From contig NMRA01000362.1 of the NCBI GenBank assembly GCA_002633005.1, forward strand, positions 372,001-436,000: a DNA stretch of 64,000 nt, given 5' to 3'. The stretch comes from Phoronis australis (Eukaryota > Animalia > Phoronida). Position 1 is the stretch's first letter; each line of letters starts with the position of its first letter. The position numbers were made by a program, and so were the translations under genes. Positions 1 to 11,099 of this stretch are shown piece after piece. The notes below the pieces were generated by a model. That model did not search any database. It was not told where the DNA came from and worked only from the letters and a program-made list of their open reading frames with translations.

Positions 1-103
1 CCCAAATCCCAAAAAAAGAACCGTCAGTTGGTAACTGCAACTGATAATTACTTCCGCCTTGCCCAAGGTTTACGGCCAAACAGCTATTAGAAGTGGTGCA
101 ATT

Positions 104-243
104 TTACCTAGAACAAGTTACCCCATCTCGACAAGGTGAAATAAGTTGTCACAAATGGGGCAAGTTGTACTAGTTTAAATAACGTCCAGATAGCACTCAA
201 ACCTAGCGACAACTAGTTCCAGGAGTAACTTGTTCTAGGGTAA
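104..243. mobile_element. MITE-like inverted-repeat remnant
   Basis: ttacctagaacaagttac (104-121) is the reverse complement of gtaacttgttctagggtaa (225-243), with a 1-nt indel. True ends and TSD are not resolved. Confidence 0.45.
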
Positions 244-1437
244 GACTGTGTGTGGATGGCACTTTTATGTGAATAAGTCCATATTTACAATTTTGGCAGT
301 TTCGAATGAATTCATGGCAAGCAAATCTTTGAATTGAAATGAACAGTATGATATGATGCGGTAAAAACGGTTGATAAGAATTTAGACTGATTTTTCATAC
401 GAGGTTTTTCATCAATCGCACTAATTTATGATGATTTCTTTGTTTACAAAGATAAATGATCAACAGAGGTTTCTAAGAATTATCCTTTCAATAATGATCA
501 CTATCATCAGTCTGGCGACCATTTATCATCAGTCTGATATGAATTAATTTCAAGAAAAATGGCATGACCTCAGCTTTTACGTGTATGTAATTCCGTGTGA
601 TTGTAGTTTGCTGTGACTTTTGAGTGTGATATCCGAATCTGTCTTGCTGCCATGACGAGTCTGAAAAACCATTCGTCTCATTTTTAGAGTCCTCGGGGAA
701 GTCCTTTCAGTCTTTTGTTATATGCGTATTAAACAAAGGCAGTTACATGAAGAACAAGATTGAATTACATATAAATTTCTAAGTTTTATCTATTAAGTAA
801 GCTTCATTTCATGAGCACTGTTCAGTAGTTGCAACGTGAGGTCCGAGTGGGCGAGGGTACTCATCCATTATTCGGCGTATGGCTTTTATGCGGTTGAGCT
901 CTACAGCAAGGAAACATTATAAGCATTGGTACGAGAAAAAAGGTGGCGACGCTACGTCATGGTGAAGGCGGAAAAAATAATGACGGCAAACTGGAAGAAT
1001 GCTAGCGGCAGAAGATTATGTAAATTTTAGAGCCCGGTTACATAAACGTTTACGCTGGTTAGCGTTATCGCGATATTGACATTTTGCGGGTGGAAGGTGA
1101 CGTCACATTTGTAATGGTTGTTGGAAAGCACCTACGGGTGGCAAGACATCACTTTAGATTGTTCGGGGTCTGCAGCGGCGTGCTTTTCCTCCTGCGTTCT
1201 TGGAATTTCATTGGCTGTTCCGGCTTCGAAACAAGACATTCTATTGAGGAGTCCTACTGTAGGTCAAATTTGTGCATCAACATGGCGATGTGTAGTGAAA
1301 AAACTGTCCTCGGATTTCCCTATCTAAATCGACCGATTTTCACATTCTTCCAGGCAAACGATACAAGGAATACACTAGTAACGTACGTGAAACACTGGAC
1401 TCCGGTGTGTTTTCGATTTTGTCAAAATATTTTGTAG

Positions 1438-2030
1438 ACTAGCAATAACAGGACAAACTTATAGACCGGTAACCCAGAGCGCTTTGCATAATTGAAAGAA
1501 GTGCCAACATCTGCCGACAGAACACTTGGAAGGCATTCCAGTACGCAATGGATTTCTGCCAGTGTCTGCGCTCTTGGTGTGACCCCCGGGGACATTATGA
1601 GGGGGGCAAAATTGAGCTAGATTAGATATTCGAGGTACCGGCCAAAGCTGATTTAAAACCAACCGACCACTGAATGACCAGTGACTGACGGAATATACTC
1701 TGAAAAGGTCCCGCAGGAAACCCAAAAAGGGTCATCCAAAAGTGACCTAGCTCAAACATTTGAGGTACCATAACAATAAATTCCACGTGTGATTTAATAC
1801 ACACAGCTAATCACGTAATGGCACGTGAAAGACAAACTGCGCTCTGGGTCGGGCCTTCCAGAAATCCACATTAATCACACCCACGGAATGCTGTTGAAAA
1901 CATTAGCTACCGACTAAATTGCCATAGTGAAGGTGGAATGACCCATGATGCAAAAACGACCCCAAAAATTGAGCTAACTCAAACGTTTGAAGTACAACAA
2001 AATAAATCTATATATGAATCAATACATGTT
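1438..2030. repeat. Degenerate tandem-repeat array that continues at about 5210-5520 beyond the LINE; possibly a Helitron/Helentron-type non-autonomous element
   Basis: Recurrent motifs gagctaactcaaacgtttga-like (about 1614, 1744, 1971, 5246) and ccaacggaatcc-like (about 1881, 5264, 5464). The segments at about 1725-1800 and 1952-2027 align with a period of about 228 bp. Confidence 0.45.
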
Positions 2031-4295
2031 ATTGCGAATAGCTTAATAAATCAAATCTATGTCCTGATTGGTGAATTAGCTACAGGCAAGGTAGATAAAA
2101 AATTGTCCAGGACTTAGAAATAGTTAAGTAAAAGCTGAAATTGCTGCAGTCTCATAGAATATTGGGGTCAGATAATACGGAGCAAGGTTTCAATAACTGA
2201 GGAGGGGAAATGCAATTCAAATTTTTTGGCACTCAAGAAATGAGAAATTTTAAAAATAAATGTGTTAGTGTTGTTAAAAATAAAAGCGTTGAAATCATCA
2301 AGAATAGTTTAGAAATTGAAGCGGACCTGGTAGTTTTTATCGCTACTCTTTACGACGCTGGTCACGTGGTTGAACAGGATATTACTCCTCTAAATCTCTT
2401 CAACCTTCCGAATAAATTGGAACCTTGCGATGCAGATTTATTAGCCAAACCACTATATGACGAAGAATTTGTTGAAGTATTAAATAACTCTAATAATAAT
2501 AAGTCTCCAGGAAATGATGGGCTCAGTTATGTCTTCTACAAGTGTTTCAGGCAGGAAGTAAGAGGGCCTTTACTGGAAGCTTTTGAGTATAGTTTTAAAG
2601 TTGGCCACCTATCACCATCACAAAGGCAAGGGTTGATTACCCTCCTCCCCAAATCCAAAGATGAGACTGAACTGTTGTCCTTATTAAACGTTGACTACAA
2701 ATTATTTACGAATCTCCTTACACTTCAATTAAATAGTATTATTGATAAGTTAGTCGGTGAAAATCAAACAGGAGTAAAGGGTAGATATATTGGATTTAAC
2801 GTCCGCATTATACAAGACATAATTTCGTATACCAATGGTCAAAATTGTCAAGGCAGTATTTTTTTCTTAGATTTTTATAAAGCGTTCTATGCGCTTTCAT
2901 TGGACTTTCTCTCAAAAACTTAGACCGCTTTTGAATTTGGCTCTGTTTTCAGAAAATGGATCCAAATAATTTATAACAGCTCGATTGCTTGCGTAATCAA
3001 CAACTGCTTTACTACCAGATATTTTTCACTCCAACGCGGAATGCGACAGGGTGACTTCCTCTCTGGTCACTTGTTTTGCTTAGCAGTTGAGATTATGGGA
3101 AATTATATCAGATCAAGTGCTGTTATTTCAGGAATCAAAATTGATAATACTGAAATAAAGTTTGTCCAGTATGCGGATGACATAACAATATTTTTAGACG
3201 ATAAAGTTTGTTCCGAGCAATTGCACGGAGTTAAATGTACTGGCAGGCCAACCAAGTGTTATGGGGTTTTTTTTGGTCACAATAAAAAGGAAAATGATCA
3301 ATTAAATTATGATTTCAAAGTTTTAAAAAATCTTTGGGCTTTTGGAAAAGCTGCAATATTAGTTTATTGACCAGAATAGATGTAAAAGCTTTCGCCTTGT
3401 CTAAAATTATTTATGTCATCAATAATTTGGGTATTGATACTGCTCGTAGAGAACAGATTATTTCTTTGATATCCAATTTTGTTTAGTAAAATAAGACTCC
3501 TAGTGTAAAGAGAATTGTGTCAGTAAATACCCGTGCAAATGGTGGATTGGCAGTACCAGATATAAACGATTCCTATAATTCATTGTTAGTAAAACGGGGG
3601 GTTCAGCGTTACGTAGAAGGAGAAAACCNAATGCTGGAAATCCTTTCCAAATTTGCTTTTCTGGAGGTATGGGTGTGTATTGCTTTTTGAATCTATTTTT
3701 TCTGCCAAGTTGTTGGCTTTGGAAGATACCACCAACTTTTATTGTGACTTGTTGATTGCATGGGAAAATGTTTTCTTACACAGCGAAATTGATGTTATTA
3801 GTCAGGTGATATGGAACAACAGAAATATTTTGGTTGATGACAAATCTGTGTTTTTCAGTGGGTTCTACAAGGCTGGCATAGTTTATGTAAAAAGTATATT
3901 TGATGTTCAAAACACGTTTTTTGTCTGGGGAAGTTATGAAACAAAGATACAAATTATCTAGTTGGTTACAATACTATGTTTTGATGAAGGCACTTCAATT
4001 ACCTAATAGAATGAACACTTCCAAGACAAATTCAATGGACGACTTTCAGTACAGCCAGATTAATGGACAATCAACTAAAAATTACTTTTTACATGAAAAG
4101 ATTTCACAACACAGATTAAGTGAAATTTATTCAGACCAACAAATTGGAAAGATTTACGCGTTGCCATTCATACTTGTACTCCATGCCAAAATTAAAACTT
4201 TCAAATATTGTTATATGCATAGAAAAGTTTACACAAAGTATCTCTTGAAAAAGATGAAGATTATAAGAGATGATAGTTGTTTGTCCTGTAACGCT

Positions 4296-4668
4296 CAGCG
4301 GCAGGTCCCGGATTTTGAGTTGGTCAGCCAGGCCAGAGTATTTTTCTCTCCTAGTCTTTTCACAAGTAGTTTTAAATTACATTATCACCTAAGTGTTGTA
4401 ATTCTGATTATCTGTAACACTGTAATTTTTATTCTCTGTTGGCTTCGTGGTCAGCGGATCCTTCGGGTCCTTCACGGAGTCTCCATGAGCGTAAATCTGT
4501 ATCAAGTGTATTTTTTGTCTTAATATGAATAAAGTGTATCACTACTACTACTATTACCCAGGATTTTGTCCGACAGACATTCGCACCTCCCAAACTGCCA
4601 AATGGAATCTGGGAAAATTTTAGGGGGGACATGTCCCCCTTGCCTCCCCCCCTCTAAGTCCGCCACTG
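4296..4668 (-). mobile_element. MITE family B (CAGNGGCGGA-type TIR, 5-bp TSD) inserted in the LINE zinc knuckle
   Basis: Ends cagcggcagg / tccgccactg. Flanks acgct (4291-4295) and atgct (4669-4673). Homologous in reverse orientation to 15012-15167 and 31901-32057. Confidence 0.85.
4343..4557 (+). mobile_element. Retroelement 3'-end fragment (LINE/SINE tail) inserted in MITE B
   Basis: Absent from the two other family B copies. Contains the hairpin ggatccttcgggtcc, then AATAAA and a (CTA)n tail. Confidence 0.6.
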
Positions 4669-5694
4669 ATGCTGTTGAAACTTTTGATCATTTGCTTTGT
4701 GATTGTTCATTTGTAGAGGCGCTGTGGTCCAAAGTTCAAGCTTTGTTAAGAAATATAATCAAACAAACCATAGATTTAGTAAAGACTAACATTTTAAACG
4801 CGTATTTTGGATCTAATTTTGAAGAGATTGATACTTTACTAACTTTATGCCAGTACTTTATATTTCAATCATCTTTGTTCCACAGCAAACCTACATTTGA
4901 AAAATATTTATATATTCCTTGTATCAAAGTTAGACGAAAACTGATCACCAGTTTGAAAAAACCTCTGAATTTCACCTTTTTGGAAGCCCTCCGTAAATAC
5001 TTAGACATACATTTACTTGCACATGTATAATTTCGAAAGTAACATGTACATTAAGGGTGCGTAGGTGTATGGATGGTGTGTGAATGTTATGTGAATGGTA
5101 TGTGAATGGTATGTGAATGTTGTACATTTTCCATTACTATATAGTTATTAGTTAGCACTTGCTGTTACTTTCCTTCTTTTGAGAAATAAAATACTTACTT
5201 ATTAAAAAACCACTAAATAGCATATGACAGAAATCACACAGGGTTGAGCTCCCAAACATCTGACCAACGGAATCCTCTTGATATTGTTTAGTCACGGTAT
5301 GAGCAAAATTGATTGAAATGAACTAAAACTGACGCACTGAACCCTAAATGGCCAATGACAGAAAAATTAAAATCTCGAAAAATCCTTTCAAACACAAAAG
5401 GATCTCCCAAACTTGAGCTTCTCCCACCTGGCTTTGGCGAGGCAAAAACTATAAAACATTTCACCAACAGAATCCTTTTGAAAATTTGATGTAACTTACA
5501 TAAACGACGTACTGGTTAAAACTAATTTAAACAAACAAGATCATCAAACACAACAGTTAGGGAATAGCCACCTAAGCAAACTGCGCTCTAGAGATACTTA
5601 ACATGACCGGAAACTACGGTGTGGAGAATTGACTGATACCTCGATTTTTCAAGCGAAGTTGTCACGATTCTCAAATTATGCCACATCTCGCCAG

Positions 5695-5848
5695 ACAGTA
5701 AAGCTTAGTAGGTTTAGCTCTGGACTCCTGTTTGGGCGGCCTGGGTTCTAATTCTGGCTCCATTGGCTGACTATCGAGCATTGCACACAGGTGTCTCCTA
5801 CTCCTTTGAACTCGATCTTACTAGTGAATGTATGCAAGGGAGTTAATG
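5695..5848 (+). mobile_element. Degenerate tRNA-derived SINE head
   Basis: A-box-like agcttagtagg and B-box-like ggttctaattc at tRNA-like spacing. Interrupted by the MITE at 5849. Confidence 0.35.
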
Positions 5849-6096
5849 CACGCGCGCGCGCACAGCCTAAAATATAGGGGGGCTCGAATTTTTCGGTATG
5901 TGGATCTTTTACCGAAAAATGAAAACGACGACTAAAAAAACGGAGTATTAGGTTCAGAGCTGTGAATTGTGCATTCGCGCCGAATTCCTGTCCCCTTTTC
6001 TCGGACTTTTTGTTTCTCTGAGGCGAACATTTTTACCCACTTCGCCAAATGGGTGGCTCATTCAAGCCCTCAGAGCCCCCGACGGGTGCGCGCATG
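5849..6096 (+). mobile_element. MITE family A (CAYGCGCGCACCCAG TIR)
   Basis: Ends cacgcgcgc.. / gggtgcgcgcatg. Internal blocks ggggctcgaatt and cacttcgccaaa are shared with the 26428, 36146 and 45068 copies. Confidence 0.8.
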
Positions 6097-6657
6097 GATG
6101 AGAACTTGGATATAAGGCGAAAGAGCTTTCTGGGGCTGTGCAAAAAAAACCTCGCCAGTCACATCTACCTGTATTAGTCTTCCTACGCCGATCCGATGAA
6201 TATGCAGAAGGAGACGGTCACGCCAGCTCGAATGATTACCGAGTGTTGGCTGGGTGTTGGATTCAAACTCAGTAACCGGTTCACTAATTCCCATAAAAAT
6301 TCGTCAGTTCATGCTAGGTATAGAGCAATATGTGACCAATGCGGAAATTAAGCAGGGTTCGAGCGATTTCGGTGGGGCACGCAAAAACACACAAGGAAAA
6401 GGCTATTGTTTATTGTGCATGTTTGCTACCTTATTGGGTGTGCATTACAATAACATGGCTGTTTACCTAAATGCAGTCGAAGAATGAAACATTTAATTCC
6501 TCAAAAAATATTTATTTTTCTCTTTCTAAACAATATTGATAATGTTTGAGTTCGCGATTCCAGGGTGATGTCTTTAACATTACCAAAGCGAGTATTCAGT
6601 GAGCAGAGTCTAACGCAACACACAATGTAGTGAAACATGTTGATCACGTGAACTTAC

Positions 6658-6757
6658 CGGCTGGAGTCGGAACGTCAACGTCTTCGAGCACGTATGATTC
6701 AACCTCTTCGCGTTTCACCAACGCCTTCATTTTGGTGGGAATTCCCGGCGTGTCCAT
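6658..6757 (-). CDS. First coding exon of a zinc-dependent medium-chain dehydrogenase (bacterial-type L-threonine 3-dehydrogenase-like); downstream exons lie outside the window
   Basis: Translates MDTPGIPTKMKALVKREEVESYVLEDVDVPTPA, the typical MDR N-terminus MKALVK...DVPTP. Acceptor tttttttctag with exon start at 6793; phase-1 donor G|GTAAGT at 6657. Too short to appear in the ORF track. Confidence 0.75.
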
Positions 6758-9054
6758 CTCAAAGGTACTGTAGTCGCGAACAATTTGCACTGTCTAGAAA
6801 AAAACATTTGGGTAGGCTAGGTTAACGGCAATTTGGAGGTAAGCACTGCAAGTAGATTGAATGAATTTGATTTGGTTGTGTGTGTGAACATGATGTGAAT
6901 GGGAACAGGCCGCTAGTTCTGCAGTAAATTTCATTTTCAAAAATTTTTCATGCATCACAAAAACCCGGAATTGCAAAAAAAAATGTTTTGGTTGCACGTC
7001 TTTTCCCATTTGTGGAATCTGTAGCAAATTTGCATTCAGAATCTAGAGTTAGCTCGTGTCGAGACTTGGCGGGGAAGTGGTGGCTTGAGGTTGAAAAGTG
7101 TCAGTTTTGCATTTTGGCACATTTTTAGCCTGGCTTCCTATTCAGCGGCAGTAAAAGTGACGAAATGTAAATCAGAACGAAATTTCCGTGTTCACATTTA
7201 GCGCTTTTGAGATGAAATGTCTCAAAACGTTTCATTTTGCTCATCGAGTGTAAAAAAAGTGAAACCTATGGAGTGGTATTGGCAAACCCAATGACAACTG
7301 TTCAATGGTTCCTCTACTGAGCACACATTTCCAAGGTAACGTCATTTGGCGTAGGAAGGACGGAGCGGAGAACGGCGGCCAGTTATACAGGTAATTTTTA
7401 TGATATTTATGGTTGTTTATCTTGTGCTATCAACTAGTAGGGAGAGATTTTCATGCGTCCTAAAAGGCTTGCAAGGCGCCTGTGCAGACTCATAATTCGG
7501 ATTTATTTGATACTTGCTGCTTACAGGAGACTCTTATACACGGATGTAAAACAAAAAATACTTAATTTTTCACCAGTCAGTCCCGAGATCTGACTACTGC
7601 TGCGGCAGATTACAAATCCCCGCGCACCCTGAGTTATTATGACTCGCCCAAAAGCTGGTTAGTCCTAGTATTTACGCCTCGGGGTAGTTAAATGGTATGA
7701 CAGAAAGGTTGTGCTGGGGTGGGCCTAGCAACCTTTAGAGACCCTAAGATAGATTCGACATGCCAACTGTATCCACCTTTTATTAGGGGCAACATAATCT
7801 CCGCGGGGACCTTTCGAATAATCATTGTCTAGAATAACATTGCACAAATTTCAAAATGTATCGTTTATTGAAATTCCTCACTCCTGGACAACTATCATGC
7901 TTCTGTTCATTCAGTTCGGCCTCAGTAACTGACCATAGTGATATATGTTTTAACTGAAGTGTCATGTTTTCAAACATTGCCAATGCATATAGAAGTTGCC
8001 GAGCTCATATTAATTCCTGGCTTAAATCACCGAAGAGAACCGGTCATGAACGTGATTAGACCTGTATTGATTAAGCCTACATCCACTCACATCTGTTGGT
8101 CAGCTAATTGTAACCTAAAGATGGAAACATAATGTAGCTTTTCGTTTTCAAAGTTACCTTAAATCCAGTGCCACCTTGTCGTAGATACGGAGATCAAGGG
8201 CTGTGAGGCGAAAGGTCAAAAGATTACTGTCGTAGTCTCGTACACAGAAGTACCGGAAATTTCTAAATTTGCGCTGGCATCCACCCCCTGGGAAGAGCAA
8301 CCGTGGGCGGTATTTCGAATACTGTCAATTTTCATAGTGGGGCTAATTATGTCAAGCAGAAGTAGCAAACTCGAACAAATAAGATGTGCGTTTCGTAGAC
8401 GCAAAAAGCTCACGAAAACGCAGGGCCACGCTAGATTTTGCCAGATGCCGCCATGTATCTACAGGGTACAGTAAGTTCGTGATCTCACTAGCACAAACGG
8501 GCCTGCGCAGTACATGGATTTATCCCGCTTTTGATGACATCATCCGCATATTGCGCAAATCAACAAAACGCGCAGCACATCTGGGTTTACGGAACTCGAC
8601 CCTGGTTTAGGGGGGGAGGGCAGCGAAACCTCTCTTCGATGTCAAGTATAGGTAACGTCAACCTACAGTTGTTTAGGTGTAAAAGTTATATTCAAATATA
8701 TCTGGACCACTGCTCAGAAGAATGTGGCCGAAAGCCTACAAAGCATTATTCATGCTAAAAGACACATGGGAACCAGTTATTCTTCGCTTAAAGTTGCTCG
8801 ACACTAAAATATGACCAATTCTCATGTGAGATATGGGGATCACGTAGGTAAAGATATAGAATGGACGAATAACAAATTTGGTAAATGCTGTTAAGACTAC
8901 TGACACAAACATACAATATAAGATAATAAGGATCAGGTGGCCAGTGCTAGTTAATAAATTATGGTAATTCGAATAGATGCATGTTACGTTTTGAATTCTC
9001 TTAGAATGGCAAGTATCTACAAGACTATAGATTTTAAATCAGTAAAAGTATATA

Positions 9055-11099
9055 TTTTCATATATTTTCTGAAGTTAGAAAACCTGCAAAATTTGATGTT
9101 TGACTTTTCTCCATTATTGCGGTCAAGCATTTTAGTAAAATTTAGTAAAGAAGAAACATGACAGAGTTCTGTCGTTCAACAACTTTTCTAGACCTGGGGG
9201 GTTCTGAACGTGCGATAACATCTGGCTCCTTTGTTAACTGCCCAGCACAGTCTTTTGTCCCGTATGATAACAAACAGGCCAATTATCTCCCAGGACTTCA
9301 CAGGGTTACTGAAACCTGGCAGAATGGATTGTCTTAACTTCTGTTGTAGTTGGGAGATTTTGGTGATTCAAAAACTAAACATGATCAGCATTTGACAAGG
9401 AGTTCAGAAATGTTATTGATTTATGTTCAAATATCTTATAACTTAACTTTCATTTTTAGCAGCACAGCCCAGTCAGGCTAGATACGATCTGATCAGAGAT
9501 TAGAGCAATTGTCGAACAAAAGAGAGCCGACCCTTCAACTATGAATGCCAAACTGGAGTTAATCAGTCGTGTACGATATTGGCTATAGGGGTGATCTTCC
9601 CAACTTGTTAGGCTGAAATCGAACAAGTTGGGAGCAACGGAAAAAGGATGATTATGTAAGATTTTTCAAAGCTCAGACCAATGAGCTATACCAGGTCGTT
9701 TCTACTCCTCTCCTGGTATAGCTCATTGCTCAGACGTTGCTTTGTTTATATTTGTGCACGAAAACTTCACGTCATTCTTCGCATTCATCCGTCTTTATTC
9801 AATTATTGTATGCCGTTAGTAATACTCGGTTAGCACGAAAAGTTTCTTTTCTCTCTTATTTGGTCAGACTATTTCCAACACTATATATACCTACCTGCAA
9901 AAGAGGTGCGCGTTCACCTACTTTTATCCCAAAAGACGAGTGTTCGACGACGGTGTCACCACTGGACCTTTGAACATATAATTCGGACATTTGATAAATT
10001 TGCTATAGACTACTTTTCTGAACGTCTGGATGATTTTTGTAGTGTATTCGAATTATGATTTTTGTAGTGTTGGTTTGTCATTATACACGATTAAACGCTA
10101 TCGGTTTTATGTTCTGTGTCAGCTGGTCGCCTCTTATTATTAGTATTGTTAATATGATTCGCTTAGTACCGTCGGTTCCTGGGTTAGACTTTACGCGACA
10201 TCTGTTGTTGAGTTGGGTGGTTATCNTTTTCATATATTTTCTGAAGTTAGAAAACCTGCAAAATTTGATGTTTGACTTTTCTCCATTATTGCGGTCAAGC
10301 ATTTTAGTAAAATTTAGTAAAGAAGAAACATGACAGAGTTTTGTCGTTCAACAACTTTTCCAGACCTGGGGGGTTCTGAACGTGCGATAACATCTGGCTC
10401 CTTTGTTAACTGCCCAGCTCAGTCTTTTGTCCCGTATGATAACAAGCAGGCCAATTATCTCCCAGGGCTTCACAAGGTTACTGAAACCTGGCAGAATGGA
10501 TTGTCTTAACTTCTGTGGCTATAGGGGTGATCTTCCCAACTTGTTAGGCTGAAATCGAACAAGTTGGGAGCAACGGGAAAACGATGATTATGTAAGATTT
10601 TTCAAAGCTCAGACGTTGCTTTGTTTATATTTGTGCACCAAAACTTCACGTCATTCTTCGCATTCATCCGTCTTTATTCAATTATTGTATGCCGTTAGTA
10701 ATACTCGGTTAGCACTAAAAATTTCTTTCTCTCTTAGTTGGTCAGACTATTTCCAACACTATGTATACCTACCTGTAAGAGAAGTGCGCGTTCACCTACT
10801 TTTATCCCAAAAGACGAGTGTTCAACGACGCTGTCACCACTGGACCTTTGAACATATAATTCGGACATTTGATAAATTTGCTATAGACTACTTTTCTGAA
10901 CGTCTGGATGATTTTATATTCGAATGGTGATTTTATGTAGTGTAGGTTTGTCATTAATACACGTTTAAACGCTATCGGTTTTATGTTCTGTGTTAGCTGG
11001 TCGCCTCTTATTATTAGTATTATTAGTATGATTCGCTTAGTACCGTCGGTGCCTGGGTTAGACTTTACGCGACATCTGTTGTTGAGTTGGGTGGTTATC
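9055..11099 (+). repeat. Tandem near-duplicate (9055-10225 and 10227-11099) joined by a single N; probably two alleles co-assembled
   Basis: Both copies begin ttttcatatattttctgaag and end gttgggtggttatc. The N lies exactly at the junction (10226). The copies differ by SNPs and indels. Confidence 0.85.
9679..9728. mobile_element. 50-bp hairpin micro-MITE with 7-bp TSD (P-superfamily-like)
   Basis: Perfect 17-bp TIR caatgagctataccagg / cctggtatagctcattg. TSD ctcagac at 9672-9678 and 9729-9735. The second copy has an empty site with a single ctcagac at 10608-10614. Confidence 0.88.

Larger units (their letters stand above)
2030..5209 (+). mobile_element. 5'-truncated, degenerate Tx1/L1-clade non-LTR retrotransposon (ORF2 linker, RT, C-terminal zinc knuckle, 3' tail)
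   Basis: Frameshifted fragments carry IIRSK..EEG, NKSPGNDGL, QRQGLITLLPK, LSLLNVDYKL, LDFYKAF, GMRQGDFLS, QYADDITIF and IWNNRNI. CLSCNA/VETFDHLLCDC is restored once the 4296-4668 insertion is removed. The 3' end has tgtgaatggta repeats, AATAAA (about 5185) and an A-rich tail. Confidence 0.92.

Noticed and set aside
1118-1327. ORF containing DITLDCSGSAAA, reminiscent of the MDR 'DvvlecsG' motif
   Set aside because: It is on the opposite strand to the dehydrogenase exon, has no supporting splice sites, and the flanking residues do not fit. Likely chance.
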